The notes under the pieces were generated by a model that had not been told where the DNA came from, did not search any database, and was given only the letters and a program-made list of their open reading frames with translations. Positions 27,314-40,392 of a DNA stretch of 64,000 bases are shown here, piece after piece. Source of the stretch: Albugo candida (lineage: Eukaryota). The DNA lies in the NCBI GenBank assembly GCA_040437565.1, contig JBDOQK010000010.1, positions 310,001 through 374,000 on the forward strand, in the 5' to 3' direction. The translations under genes and the position numbers were made by a program. The first letter of the stretch is position 1; each line of letters opens with the position of its first letter.

Positions 27314-29455
27314 GGGGGGACATGGGGAGTTTATACCACTCGTTTCAAAAATATGGTTTGTATACCAAAAGGAATATTACACGGGCAAAATTGTAAAATT
27401 ATAAAAATGTATTCTTTTATGGCAAGGAACTATTAGTCCTTGCAAGTGCGCTTGTTGTGGCCGTAGTTACCGCATGTAGTGCGCTTGTAGCTGCGCTTCT
27501 TCTTGAAAGCTTCCGTGGCAGCCTAAGACTCGATTCGCTTCGCCTTCTTCGATCGGCCACGCTTCTTTGACAACATGAGTGGGTGGTGCTTTTCTAAACG
27601 CGTCAGTTCATCCATCTTCACGCATGTACTCATCTTTACCAAGCGGTCGTAAGCACGCTGGTACACCTCCTTGGTCCCCGAATCATCGCAAAAATTCTTG
27701 GGTAGTGAGAGCTTGTTGACGGATCGAAGGGCCGCATAGAGGAAAGCATGGCCCTTTCCTGTCGCCAAATTAGCCATAAAAACACAGATTTCTAGGATTG
27801 TCTAGGTCGGCAGAATACTCGACAGGCAGCTCTCCATCCTTCCTCACGTTGACCACGAGAAATGAAAGGCAGCTCGGGATGATTTCGATCTTGTCAACGA
27901 CAAAGACAAAGCGCTTGCGCTCGAATTCCTTGGTTGCGTAAGCTTCGAGTTCACCCCACGAAGCCGACTTGGTGACGACACTATTTATCTGCCTCTCTAC
28001 CGTATGTATCCATATAGGGCACTCCCCACTGCTAACGGGCACAATACTTTGAGTCAACCCACTTGATCCCTATCTACTTTTCGCCGCCATGCGAGACAGT
28101 CCAGAAGTGGCTTCTCTCTAGCTTCAAGCAGGACGTTATTAGTAGACTTCACGTTGTTGCTAGTCACGGTCCCAAAGTGCGGACGTATACTATACGTGGC
28201 AGCCCATTTGAGCTTGTCTGCATCGAGTAGCCAAATCACCGCCTGTGCATTGTTTTTCTTCAACTCAGTGGCTCGTCGTTCGAGCGACGCAACCGTCAAG
28301 GAATTGGCCAGATTCCATGCCTGGTCCTTCAGTGTCGCATTGAGAAACTTGACGTTGAATTTTTTTCTGAGCATGGCCAGCACAAAAAAAGTGAGGGATG
28401 TCACCTGCTTTAACTTGCATCGCCGGAATGAGACCCTTGTCACGGTCGGAGATGGCGAATGCTGGCGCTATTTTTAAAGAGTAGATGAAAGACCCGAAAC
28501 CATGACCAATTGAATTTTGTCTCGCCTTATATTCAAGCGACCGCGACAATCTGGATCTCATTCTTGGTGTTCTTACAGCAAGCGACAAGAAGGACTACGC
28601 CCTATTTGTTGTTCATAAATGTGCCATCCAGATTGATACCGCGATCTGCGAATTCGCGAAGCACATGAATGCCGAGCTTGTATACGATGACGACCTGAAA
28701 ACGTTTGTCCTCGCGCAACGCGATATCCGCCTTGTGTCTGCGCTTGCTCATTTCGTGTACGTATGACAAGATTGACGAATACTGCGTGCGATATTTATCG
28801 AAGAGTTGCGCTTTGAGTCGGATGCAGGCGTCGACAGAAGTCTGGACGTCAATCGACGCCCATCAGCCGTCAACTTCTTCTGCATCTCAGCTGGACTGGC
28901 GTCACGACCCTTGTCAACGACGAAGTGGAGGGCCGAATCAAGAAAAGTGACACATGAAGGCTTGTGTACATGACTCGCTTCGTATAAAGCCAAATCAACC
29001 CGTGGCGTCGCACGGGTACGGCACGAGCGTATGAGGTGGCTCAAAACCCCTATAATGCGCAAAAGCGACTGCGAAGCTGCAATTTGGATTGACACACATC
29101 ACCATGAAGCGTCTTTGGTCACTCGATAAGTCGTAGCGACCAGCGTAGTCGCGTGAGTAAGGAAGTCACGCCCGTCTGCCCAGTCACCTGGCGAACAGCC
29201 GTCACTTGACTCTTAAGTCTTACTAACGTAGCCGACGTTGCCGGCAGTCGTCGTAGTCGCCAGATGTGAATATTCTAACGACATGGCACTCAAGAATGTG
29301 TAAACTTCCGACTTTTTGGTAGATTTCTCATAATTTTACATAAATTTCGGACTTTTTGGTGTATTTTTCATATTTTTGCAATTTCGTACATGCAATACTC
29401 GTTTTGGTATATAACCCATATTTTTAAAAAAGTGGTATAAAATCCATACGTCCCC
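27314..29455 (-). mobile_element. MULE/MuDR transposon A, degenerate
   Basis: About 85-bp TIRs (GGGGAC..TTTATACCACT..). Imperfect 9-bp TSD ATAAACGGG/ATAATTGGG. Transposase motifs INLDGTF, AISDRDKGL and TSNNVKSTN, and a C-terminal CGNYGHNKRTC knuckle. Confidence 0.9.
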
Positions 29456-29477
29456 ATAATTGGGATTATAAAAAGAT

Positions 29478-29650
29478 GGGAAGCCGGTATAGCCACACCC
29501 CGTTCGGTATAGGAACCGGTATCACCACACTCCCTAAAATTGATTGGAAAGCGGTATCGCCCCCTAAATCTCCTGATCAAATGGGAACTGGTATCGCCAC
29601 TCACCCCAAATCCCCTAATTTAGGGATTAAAAAAAAGTACCAATTTAATA
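29478..29650. mobile_element. Orphan terminal fragment of the MULE F family
   Basis: GGGAAGCCGGTATAGCCACACCCC plus repeated GGAACCGGTATCACCACAC motifs, as seen at both ends of 37948-40392. Confidence 0.7.
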
Positions 29651-32371
29651 AGGGAATTGCTGCGGACACACTCTATTTTTGCTACGGGCACCCCCTAAAC
29701 TATAAATTACAAACATACCCCCTACTTTAAAACCATCAATTAAGTTAACTAAGGAGTCTATCCCTCCTGTTACACCTCCAGTATCCCAGCACTCCGTCTA
29801 CCACAACTGGTGCCATGTTCTCAGCTGCTAGCACCGCCAATCCCCAATTCACTACCCAGCCCACTCCCCAGACCACTCTGTCCAATCCGCCCACCTTGTC
29901 CACCTCTCTCGCTCCTGCTGCTCTTCACGCATCCAGCTCCGATATTTTCTTGCAAATACTGCACCTCTAGATTTGNNNNNNNNNNNNNNNNNNNNNNNNN
30001 NNNNNNNNNNNNNNNNNNNNNNNNNNNNNNNNNNNNNNNNNNNNNNNNNNNNNNNNNNNNNNNNNNNNNNNNNNNCCGCCAATCCCCAATTCACTACCCA
30101 GCCCACTCCCCAGACCACTCTGTCCAATCCGCCCACCTTGTCCACCTCTCTCGCTCCTGCTGCTCTTCACGCATCCAGCTCCGATATTTTCTTGCAAATA
30201 CTGCACCTCTAGATTTGGCGAAAAATACATCCTTTGGTACTCGAATCTCTATTGATGAGGCAGTAAAACGACATGCAATATCCAATGGTTTCGTTATAAC
30301 CATATCCCGTTCAAAGCCACTACTGTTTATTATGGATGTGACTTGGGTGATGTTTACAGAAATAATTGGAGATTAACAGAATATACCTGCCAGCGGATAT
30401 CTTCCAGCCGTCAGCATGATTGTTCCTTTCGCTGGGCTGGTCGGCTAAAGCAAGGAGTTTGGTTGCTTGATGACGTTCGATCAGAGCACAACCATGAGAT
30501 TGCTGTTGACCTCAGTGGGCATCCAGGTATCAGAAAGTTTTCATCGCTGCATCCGCAACAAATGGCTGTAAGGTCAATGGGCAACTTCCCATCAAGAGAA
30601 ATTGCAGCTTTGAAGGCAGATCCAGCTGAGGGATCTCAAGATGCGGTCACAAAAAAGGACATCAGCAACTAAAAACTGTTATTCGCAAGCATTACCTTGC
30701 AGGCCGCACATCTTTGTAGGCCTCGATGGATGAGATCGGCTCTGGGGAGAAATAGCACCACAGCTCTAATATTACCAAGCAGGTCATATAAGACATCTGT
30801 ATCTCAGTCAAGTTGCATCAGAAAATCTGGTTGATTAATACCATCATGTATTTGTGATTGATTGCGCATGTAATACGAACCGGTATGGTATGTCACTTAT
30901 TCATATTGTTGGGATGACCGCACTAAACCAGTCCTATTCCGCTGGCAGGATCTTTTCCCAGGAGGAAAGGCTGGTGACTACAAATGGGCGCTGAGTCAAT
31001 TCAAGAATATTACGTTGCCATCAGGAAAACTGCCTGCCTGCCTAGTAACGGACAAAGAAGTGGCATTGACCAATGCCATAAACATTGTTTTTCTGGCGTT
31101 CCTCACCTACTTTGTTTGTCATAACAATAAGAATATTTTGGCAAACTGCAAAAGAGAATTTTTATCCGTGGATACTTGGAATTATCCATTTCCAATTGGA
31201 ACACTGTTGCTCGCTGTTCTACAGTCAACAAGTACAAGGATCTATGAGATACCTTTAAAACTCAATATGAGTAATTCCATGCAAAGTGCATTACGTATCT
31301 GCGTGAAACTTGGTTACCTTGGAAAGAACACTACATAGAGGCATGGACTCGAAATTGTCTTCCTTTTGGACAGACCACCTCCTCTCGAGCTGAGGGTGCA
31401 CACTCACTCCTCAAAAAATATGTCCATACGTCGTCAGGTGACCTTCAACAAATGGTAGGCCAACTTAACATTGCTATTCAACACCACCTTGATGCAATCC
31501 GAGCTGCTGAGGCAGCAGACCAGCTAAAATAATCCACAAATACCAGGATACCCTTCTTCAGTTTCTTGGGTGTGTGGTGTCCAGATTCGCCATCGAAACG
31601 GTAGGATACTATTTTTTGCAATGGGTCACAAAATGATAAAGTCTCACATCTGTGCTCTTTATCCATTTTTCCGGATGTTTACCCTGTTGGAGGCATTGAA
31701 AACATTACAGAAAGATGGGAAATCACTACCCGAGCTTTGCCTTTGTGCAGAACTTGTCACATTTGGCTTACCTTGCCAGAATACTCTGCAAGCAAAACAA
31801 CACGCCAACGATTCTCTGACCTTAGATGACCTGCATTCATTCCAAATCTGGGTGAAAGGTAGTCTGCAGAATTCTGTGCAAAGAGATATTAATAGCTGGG
31901 AGGACACACACTACGAGCTCTATGAGGTGTATAATAGTGCTCCCTCCATGAAAAAGCTCGTTTGCACTTAGCGGTTAGAGATATTCTGACTGAGCAGAAC
32001 ATTCTTCCACCACATTCCGTCAAAACGCGTGGGCGTCGTGCACAAAAGCAGTCTATAAATCAAACAAGCGTGATCCATCAGCCTTTGAATCCCATAAACC
32101 TGGAAAAAGGAAAAGCAAATGCCGAGCTTGTGGAAAGCGGGGGCATAATAAAAGAAGGGGTGAAAAATTGCGACAGGTATGTAGGGCATCAGTTTGGAAT
32201 GGTGTTGTTTGATTCATCTAATTAATTTCTCTCTTTTTACAGAATACAACAAGCAATCCAGCTAGTGAAAAAAAATTCAGGAGAAGAACAGGGACTTGGC
32301 TGCAGAGGTGAGTCATTTCAATTAAAGTAGTTTAGATTACAAGATCGGTAACTGAATCAAGAATAATAATT

Positions 32372-35300
32372 GGGATTATAGAAAAAATATACCAAGGCTG
32401 TATACTATACGTACGGATATACACACACCTAGGATTCTAACGAGAAAAACCCAGTCTTGCATGAAAAACCTTTGATTAATGATGTACTATGTAGTGAGAT
32501 TAACGAAGTATACAATTATGCGTCCCTTATCGGACAGTCCTAAAATTATGACCAAAATGGTTGCATATTCCACATCTCGTTCGGCGCGTTTCTATTTTCT
32601 CAGTAGCTCGTTGCGATGGATCCGCTTCTTCTTTGAAGATGGAGCGTTGCACACACCTCGTGTGAGATCATTTTTTTAGCACGATTGGCATTATGTTATC
32701 ATCGGATCTCTCAGAACAGGAGGCCGCAGGAGTCATGAAAATACGTGACCATGCTGGGCAATTTTCTGGACTGCTTCAATGCTACTAATGCATTGATGCA
32801 AGGCAAGCCATCGTCTTCGAAGTACCCAGACGAGCATCGCACAACTTCAGCGGAATTGAACTGCAACTTTCATCTGAATACTCCCCACCCCTGAGCGGAT
32901 TGCGACGATGTAGCAACAGGTCGAACATTCATCAATTTCACCCCAGCTCGCAGCGGCCATTATTTTATTCACCTTTCGTGATGCATATAGAGTTAGTACT
33001 TCCCATCCTTTCGGTTTGCTGATATTTTCAGCCCACTTGCACCCCACGTAACTTCCAATTCCCATTAAGCAGTCGATGATAGGAAGACTCCGAATTCCCC
33101 TCAACACGCTGTTTACCGCCTCCACGTTGTTCGACGTCGAAGTGTTGTATCTTAGACACGGTGAGTAAGCTGTTGACCAATTCTTACGATCAAACTCCTG
33201 TAGCCACACCAGCGCATTGCGTGTTAAATTGGCGATATTCGCCTTCGCCTTCTCGTACTCCACCGTTGTTCGTCAACGAGCCAATATCCACGCCAAATTC
33301 TTCAACAGGTTGGACTTGTAATTCTTGATAAAAGTGTCCATCAAATGCTAGGAGCAGAAAAAAGGTGGGACGTCTGGTTTTGATGTATGCATAGCTTCCG
33401 TAAGTCTCTTGTCTCTATCCGATATCACGAATGCTGGAGGTGGCTGGAGGTGAGAGAGTAGGAGCTTCAAAAACTAGCTCCAGTTATCTTCATTCTACAC
33501 CGACACGAGCCCAGCTGCGATAATTTGGATCTAGCTGTTTTCAGCTCGAAAGCACGCTACAAGGAGAATCTCACCAATTGAGGTATTCATAAATGTGCCG
33601 TGCACGGAAATCAAAATCACATGCTCACTACATGACTTACTTTAAGCTCTTCATAGGAAAGGATACTCAATCGCATAAATCCATTATCTACGATATTAAG
33701 CTTGGCTTCGAGGCCTCGAATGTTTAGTTAAGCCATATAGGATGGAATGAGGCTGTACTGCTCAGTTGAAGGTGTCTATATTACTAGAATTAGACTAACT
33801 GATTTCTCTAGTTGCCTAGGCTATCTTAAATAACATATATACATACAAGAACGTTTGGCAAAATACCTGTGAAAGATGATAATATGTTCCTCGTTGCTAG
33901 TCCTGCAGTGCGGTAGCCTCCACCACTACAGTACGAGAGTGTATCCATCGTGTAACGGATAAATGTTGAAAGTTGTAAAAAGTTGTGAAACAATGGTCCA
34001 AAACTACCGTGTTTTGTAAAAGGGTCCAAAAGTACTGTGAGTTGTGAAACGGTCTAAAGTACAGTGTTTTGCAAATTGGTGTGCGCCACACTACGATGAG
34101 CATAACCTGCCAACTNNNNNNNNNNNNNNNNNNNNNNNNNNNNNNNNNNNNNNNNNNNNNNNNNNNNNNNNNNNNNNNNNNNNNNNNNNNNNNNNNNNNN
34201 NNNNNNNNNNNNNNNTCTTCGAAAGTACCGAGCGTGCGGACTAAACGTGGTGTAGATCACGGAAAGTGCTGGAACTGTCGGCGTTGCTGATCGCTGTTCG
34301 AACAAACGACGATTCCAATCTGTCCAGACGAAGTGCAGTGTCACCGCTTGCAATGCAAGCTATAAATCTGATATAATTTCTAAATAGTCTTTTTAATCGA
34401 CCGTATTGTTGGTACGATTACACATGCAATATGCGTCCAACGTGGTCGAAAGGAGAAAACTGATCCCAACTAGGGAGTAACTCCCTCCATAATTGTGCCG
34501 TCTGATCGCACTCTAGAAAGGAATGTTGATCGGATTCCACTGCCCTACACGAAGGCTGCGTGCACAATATAATGTCGGGATGAATATCCTTTAAGAACCA
34601 GAAACAAGATCGAACTGGCAACATTTGAAAGGCTAGACGAAACTGTAAATCTTCGAAAACTGGTAACACACGATGCCGTGATGTAGCCAGAAATGTTCCC
34701 ACTCGTTCGGTATCCAGTGCGTCCGATCTCTCCCGTCATGACCAATGTGTCGACATCGGATGACTCTTGATTGGTTCGGGAAGCTTCCAGACGATTCATG
34801 AGAATTGTGAGCGTGGAATAGATGGAAAATAATGTTTCCTTTCCTTGCTTTTTACTCCCACATAAAATGATCTGCCACTTGTGGTTGGTGTAATACAAGT
34901 GATGAGACCTATCGAGGCTGTACTGCTCAATACCACTATCGAATAACTCAAGATTCAACTTCTCGAGTGCCTGAGCACACTTCATATATGTAGAGGAGTA
35001 GGTTTCCTGCCGGAGATCACGGCCATATCTCTGACTGAAGAGCAATTTTCTTCGCAGTTGTATATCTACGAGACGCCTTTGACGATTCGATATAATTGAC
35101 AGGAGTGCAAAATAAATTTTGTTGGAGGGCTGAATGTCCGCGAAAAGGCAAACTAAACAACGAAGAAATAGACGTACTGTATGCACACTGCTTTGTAACG
35201 CCGCTTGTCACTGGACCACACACGAAATCGACGTTTACATTTTCGTTTGTGCTCAATTACTGCTTAAATTATATCCCTCTTATTGGCATAACTCCTGTTC

Positions 35301-35421
35301 TCGAAGAAGCTGCTGCTACTTTGCTGTTTTTCGTCCTCGTTTTCCATCGCTGGTATTAAAATGTGTAATGTGTATACCCATACGTATAGTATACAGCCTT
35401 GGTATATATTTTTTGTTTTTC
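32372..35421 (-). mobile_element. MULE transposon C, degenerate, interrupted by LINE copy 3
   Basis: TIR core ATATACCAAGGCTGTATACTATACGTA at both ends. Motifs HGTFM, VISDRDKRL and TSNNVEAVNS, plus SWIM-like CSSGYFEDDGLPCINA. Frame EQYSL-IPSY rejoins after LINE removal. Confidence 0.88.
33765..34913 (-). mobile_element. 5'-truncated L1/Tx1-like non-LTR retrotransposon, copy 3 (spans a gap)
   Basis: DLQFRLAFQMLPVRS...CTQPSC..ESDQHSFLEC. Perfect 16-bp TSD GAGGCTGTACTGCTCA at 33749-33764 and 34914-34929. Ends ...CACCTTCAAC on the minus strand. Confidence 0.93.
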
Positions 35422-35445
35422 TATCAAATTGGTATATTTCTTTTA

Positions 35446-36291
35446 GGGAATTGTTATACTCACTCCATAATTCACTCCCTTTCAAGTCAGGTGGCACACA
35501 TTATTATACTATGTATACTTTTCATTTATACATAGGAAACTTTTATATTCACTCCTTTTCAAGTCACGTGACACACATTGATAATTCGCAGAGAGGAGAA
35601 AGGGGCATTGAATACGCCGAGATGCTGCCTGTAGCTCCCGTTCTGATACTTGAGACAAGTGTGCACCATCACGGTCACATTTCAAGTATCCATTTTTTTC
35701 CTGTTAGCCGAACGTTTGACAGTCATTGCGTATCCCTGGCCAAACGCCCATTTCTGTGCTGCGGAAAGCAATTCTTCACGGCTACCATATCCGGCCTTTT
35801 GGAGAGATAGTATGTCTAGAGTGCTCATTGTGTCAGCTAAGCACAAAGGTGTGGCATTTGCTGCGCGTCAGCGTTCTGTTATTGGATGAATGGCAGCATA
35901 TCTTTACATCCATCCGCTGTATTGAGAAACAGGAAGTATGGCGTCAGTTACCATTCGCTACTGTTCTACTGTAGTATGACTGCCTTTCTACAATGGGCGC
36001 TCTCTTTACAGTACCATTCTCGCGCTGCACAGTTAGAGTTGGTGGAAGGTAAGTCGTGGAGAGGGCAAAAGGTTCTCTTATCTGAAGAGTAATCATGCAG
36101 ACGTGAGTGAATTCAACCGAAAGAAAGTCAACATAACTTTTCTGGTCACGGGACGTATTAGGGAGTGAAAAGAAGTGACTATAAAAATTTCCAAAATATA
36201 ACTAAAAAGTATACATAGTATAATTATGTGTACCACCTGACTTAAAAAGGGAGTGAATTTAACCAAAAAGGGAGTGAATATAACAATTCCC
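35446..36291 (-). mobile_element. Internally deleted MULE derivative D (846 bp)
   Basis: TIRs over 100 bp starting GGGAATTGTTATA. Near-TSD TTCTTTTA/TTTTTTTA. Internal minus frame YGSREELLSAAQKWAFGQGYAMTVKRS resembles a MULE N-terminal DNA-binding region. Confidence 0.85.
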
Positions 36292-36828
36292 TTTTTTTAT
36301 GATCCGTAATAAGTCTGCTGTTTCCTTTCATACCAAAAGGGACGATGTTGTTGAGGAGAATTGAGGCCTACGCAAAGCTTTACAACCATTGCTTGACGAG
36401 AACATGTGACTAAATGATCAGATAATGGTGTCCTTTTTGCGTACCTGCACGCCTGAACCAGCTGCACAAAGCAAGTGGCTGGTAATTCCTGTGGCATTTT
36501 TACTTCCTACTTACTTTGTGAAGCTGCGCTAGGGAGGGCTCATGGTGGAGGTGCACCACCAGCTCATGTGTTTCGAGCCAATATGCTGCATGCACTGCAG
36601 GCTTTCAGAAAGCTTAGTTAGAATCAGCAAAGAGCGCGAATCAATAGAAGGCAATCGTGGCTGGATTATTTTCTTCTGAAATAATTGCCTACTAGGCTAC
36701 TTTTCCTATGCTTGAAATAAACTCAGCTTTTCTTATGGTGTTACTGCCACCAGCTAGAAGTTGACTTAAGAGCAACGGACATGGCAGTACGAAAGTAGAG
36801 GGCATGTTTGGAATTTCTATTTTTTGGG

Positions 36829-37938
36829 GTGTGCCCTAAACTCACCCCATCCATTTTTTTGCCAGTCATATTTCATCAATTTAGCCAACATATTTGACAG
36901 ATTTGATTATAGTGGAACTTGATGCAGGACGCAACCTGCAACTCCTGGCATTATGTCTTGTTGCTTGACAAATATGGCCTCTGGGAAGGCGACGGGTTTG
37001 TGGATTAGAAATCCGAGTTTGATTTTTTGCCTGGACATATCCAACGCTGAAGTATCTTTTTGTGCTGAATGATTGCGTGAACCTGATGGCCTTCCACTTC
37101 CCCTGATTGTCGGAGGATCTTGGATTGTTATGTTTGTGCTTAATTGTTCGCGAATTGAACTGTAAATGTGACATTGCCGATAAGATAGCTCCAAAGTTAG
37201 CAAATTAAAACTTTACTGTCTTTCTGCTTAAAGTTGTAGGTTGGCAATGATAGGTTGATGGGGGTTTCCTGGTTGAGCCACCATTGGAGTCAACGTCTCC
37301 TTCTGCAAGTGGCGTGTTGTGTTGGATTAGCTGATTAAATTTATGTTCACATGGTATTCCCAGGGCCTGCTGATGTACAACGGTGCAAGTGGTCCGTGGT
37401 AATTTGCTATTGTTGTTTCGGGTTAATTGATACTATTTGCGGGCTATAATCAATGCATGCTTTGATGTCTCTTGTCGAAGTACATGCCACATTGGATTTT
37501 CAAATGTTATTGTGTCTACGCAGATGGATTATATTGCATTGGTTATTCTGAATTTTGTTAAATTGATTTGCATAAGAAAGCCTGATCCTATTGTAAACAG
37601 ACAGCAAATCACATGAAGTTTTTACCGATGTATTTCTAACGTTTCATGCGTCCCTTATAAGAAGTGCTACCATTATTGGAAACTGCACAAAGAACACACG
37701 CAAAGACTAATTTTTTAAAGGTATATTGGGAACTCCTTAGCAACTACCTTATGTCTCTCTACGACCGTTCACTGCCTATGACTCTTCACGAGATGGTGAT
37801 CTTCCACAAGTGGACATCTTCAACTTACCGTCGCTATAAATTCAGTAGATCCGGTTGGCTAAAAATATCAAATATGATTTGCTAAAATGATGAAATAGGA
37901 TTGGCTAAAAAATGGATGGGGTGAGTTTAGGAATTCCC
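36829..37938 (-). mobile_element. Internally deleted MULE derivative E
   Basis: TIR core CCTAAACTCACCCCATCCATTTTTT at both ends. Internal C-terminal transposase remnants (LGIPCEH, IQDPPTIRGSGRPSGSRN). Confidence 0.8.
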
Positions 37939-37947
37939 ATAAAATAT

Positions 37948-40392
37948 GGAATCCGATATAGCCACACCCTCAGCTTAACTGGAAGCACCTTTATCCTTAC
38001 CCCCCCCCCTAAAATATCCCAAGTAAATGGGGACCGGTATCACCACACTCGCTAGATTAAATTAGATCAGGGAACCGGCATCGCCACACACCCTAATTAA
38101 GGAATCCGATATAGCCATACACCCTAATTATCCAACTCGCTATACACCTGCATACATTGCTATACGTACGCTAAGTGAATACACTGTTCTCACTATGCCA
38201 CTTGCTCCACCCCCGGATCACAACTATGAGAACTATGAAATTGAAGAAGAGGCAATAAAAAACTTTGCGTGGCAAGAAGTCTATTCCACAAAGAAAGCTC
38301 GCACAAAGGCCGACAAGTACGTAATTACTAGGAAGGTGTGGCTTTCTTGCGTTCATGGTGGTCGGTACAAAAACAAGGGCACGAGGATCCGCCAAACATC
38401 AACGCGGCTTCTAATGTGTTCATGGTTAGTCACCATTCAGCGCCAACTGAATCAAAATTCTGTGCAAGAATGGCGAGTGAGTGTGGTCGTTGCAAATCCC
38501 AATCATGAAGCAGCAGAGAATCTTGCAGCATTCCCAGAAGCCAAGGTATTGAACCAGGTGCTGAGGCAGCAAATTTTGGACTTCACAAAAGATGGAGCCC
38601 CTCCTCGGTAAATTTTGAGTACGAGGAAGCGGTCTGATTCTACTTTCCTTGCCACCGGGAAGACATTTACAATGTTGAGAAACGTGAACGAGCGGAATTT
38701 CTCCTTGGTCGTGGCCCTCTTGAAGCATTGCTGGACACACTAAAGAAAAATGCCATTAGGCATAAGCTTGATCGGGACCCTTCATCGGGTCAATTGACGC
38801 GCCTCTTAGTTGCACCTAAGCCTTGCATCTCGACAGACAATGATTTTTCCTCGGAAGGGGTTCTTATAGCAGATTTGACATACAAAACCAACAGGTGAGT
38901 AAAATGCTTTGCAATCAATGTTTGCCGAACATCAACTAAGAGCAGACAAAATCATCAGGTTTCGAATGAAATTGCTCCCTTTGATGGACGTGGCATGTCC
39001 AAACCAGTCATATCCCCTTTGAAATATTTTCTTGCGACACGAATAAGAAGATGGCTAATTTGGGCACTTGGACAAATGAGGATTGTTTTTTAAGATAGAA
39101 TCACTGGGCCGATTGTCATTATCACTGACAGAAAATTGGATTCAATGGCTGCAATATCACTGGCTCTACCTGAAGCGAAGGATCTGCATTGTATATGACA
39201 TATTAATAAAAATGTCCTTAAACAGCACTCTACATAGGACGAAGGCTGAATTGAATTTCCCACGAAGTGGCACGTATTGTACTGCTCTACCAATTCACAG
39301 AAATTAGAAGATAATTTGGTGCTTTCAAAGTTGCTATTAGTGAGACTGGCTATGCGTATCTACAATCCACATGGATTCCGCACAAGGAGAAATTAATCCT
39401 TGCCTGGACAAAAAGATAAAGCATTTTGGGCATGTAGCTACATCTTGCGTTAAAGGCGGACATGCAACCTTGAAGAATGGATCGCAGTTTCGAAAGGAGA
39501 TTTGGCAACAGTTAATGAGAAATTGGTTCTCAAAGCTCAACAGCAGCGACAAAGAATAATTCAAAAGGTTGCATACGATAGTTCCCACATTATCGTCCGC
39601 CTTAGTGGGAGCTTCTGGACAATCGTGGATAGAAAGATTTCACATTATGCATTGAATGAAGTATGTAAGACTAGTGTATGAATACAGTTGTGTACAGTAC
39701 TGACAACTTATGTACTGACCATATTTTGTTTTCTGCAGGTCTCCAAGCAGTCCAAAAGGCACTATCGATGGAGAAAAATGAAAAGTGCACTAAAACATTC
39801 ACGAGCACTAAAGGATTGCCTTGCTCTCATGCCATCAAAGAGCTGGAAAAGATGGGGTCAATATTGCATGAAGCTCATTTTCATGAGCACTGGTGGCTTT
39901 ACAAGCCTGTACAACCCACACTGTATCCTGCAGTGCCTCTTCAGAAAAAAACAAGCTTTTCGGACATTATGGAAAATTTGCAAGAGAGTTATTCGGTCTT
40001 GCCTCCACACAGACAGCGCCTTTTTGAACAGGATCTCAATTGCCTCACACCTTTCCAAGCCCTGAAGTAAATGATCCTGCCACAGTGGCCTCACGTGGAC
40101 GGCCGAAAGGATCAAGGAGTACCAAACGAGATCGGTACGCATTTGAGTATATTGAGAGGAAGGGACAGGAACTGCCAAAACGAAGATGCGAGGCCTGCAA
40201 ACAAGAAGGTCACAACAGGCGCACATGTCCACAACTCAAAATTAATGAAACAAATCTGTAACTCAGTTTAGGGTGTGTGGTGATACCGGTTCCCATTTAT
40301 TAGGATAATTAGGGGGTGTAACGGTACCGGTGTTTTAAGCTAAGTTAGGAGCGTGGCTATACCAAAAGTGGGGTGTGGCTATACCGAATACC
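37948..40392 (+). mobile_element. MULE transposon F, near full-length, degenerate, two introns
   Basis: TIR GGAATCCGATATAGCCACACCC / GGGGTGTGGCTATACCGAATACC. Motifs DLTYKTNR|FRMKLL, IITDRK, HFGHVATS, GLPCSH and CEACKQEGHNRRTC. GT-AG introns at 38895-38958 and 39661-39738. Confidence 0.92.

Larger units (their letters stand above)
29652..36836 (+). mobile_element. MULE transposon B (FAR1-like), degenerate, with C and D nested in its 3' part
   Basis: Motifs GFVITISRS, SEHNHE, NTNRYGMSLIHIVG, LVTDKEVAL, TTSSRAEGAHS and GLPCQ. GGGCACCCCCTAAACTATAAATTACAAACATACCCCCTACTTT (from 29686) has an inverted counterpart at 36792-36836. Confidence 0.8.

Noticed and set aside
29835-30215. About 140-bp duplication in MULE B
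   Set aside because: Identical copies either side of an N gap; probable assembly artefact.
34545-35186. 213-aa ORF as a MULE-LINE fusion protein
   Set aside because: Incidental read-through from MULE C across the TSD into a LINE frame; both elements are degenerate.
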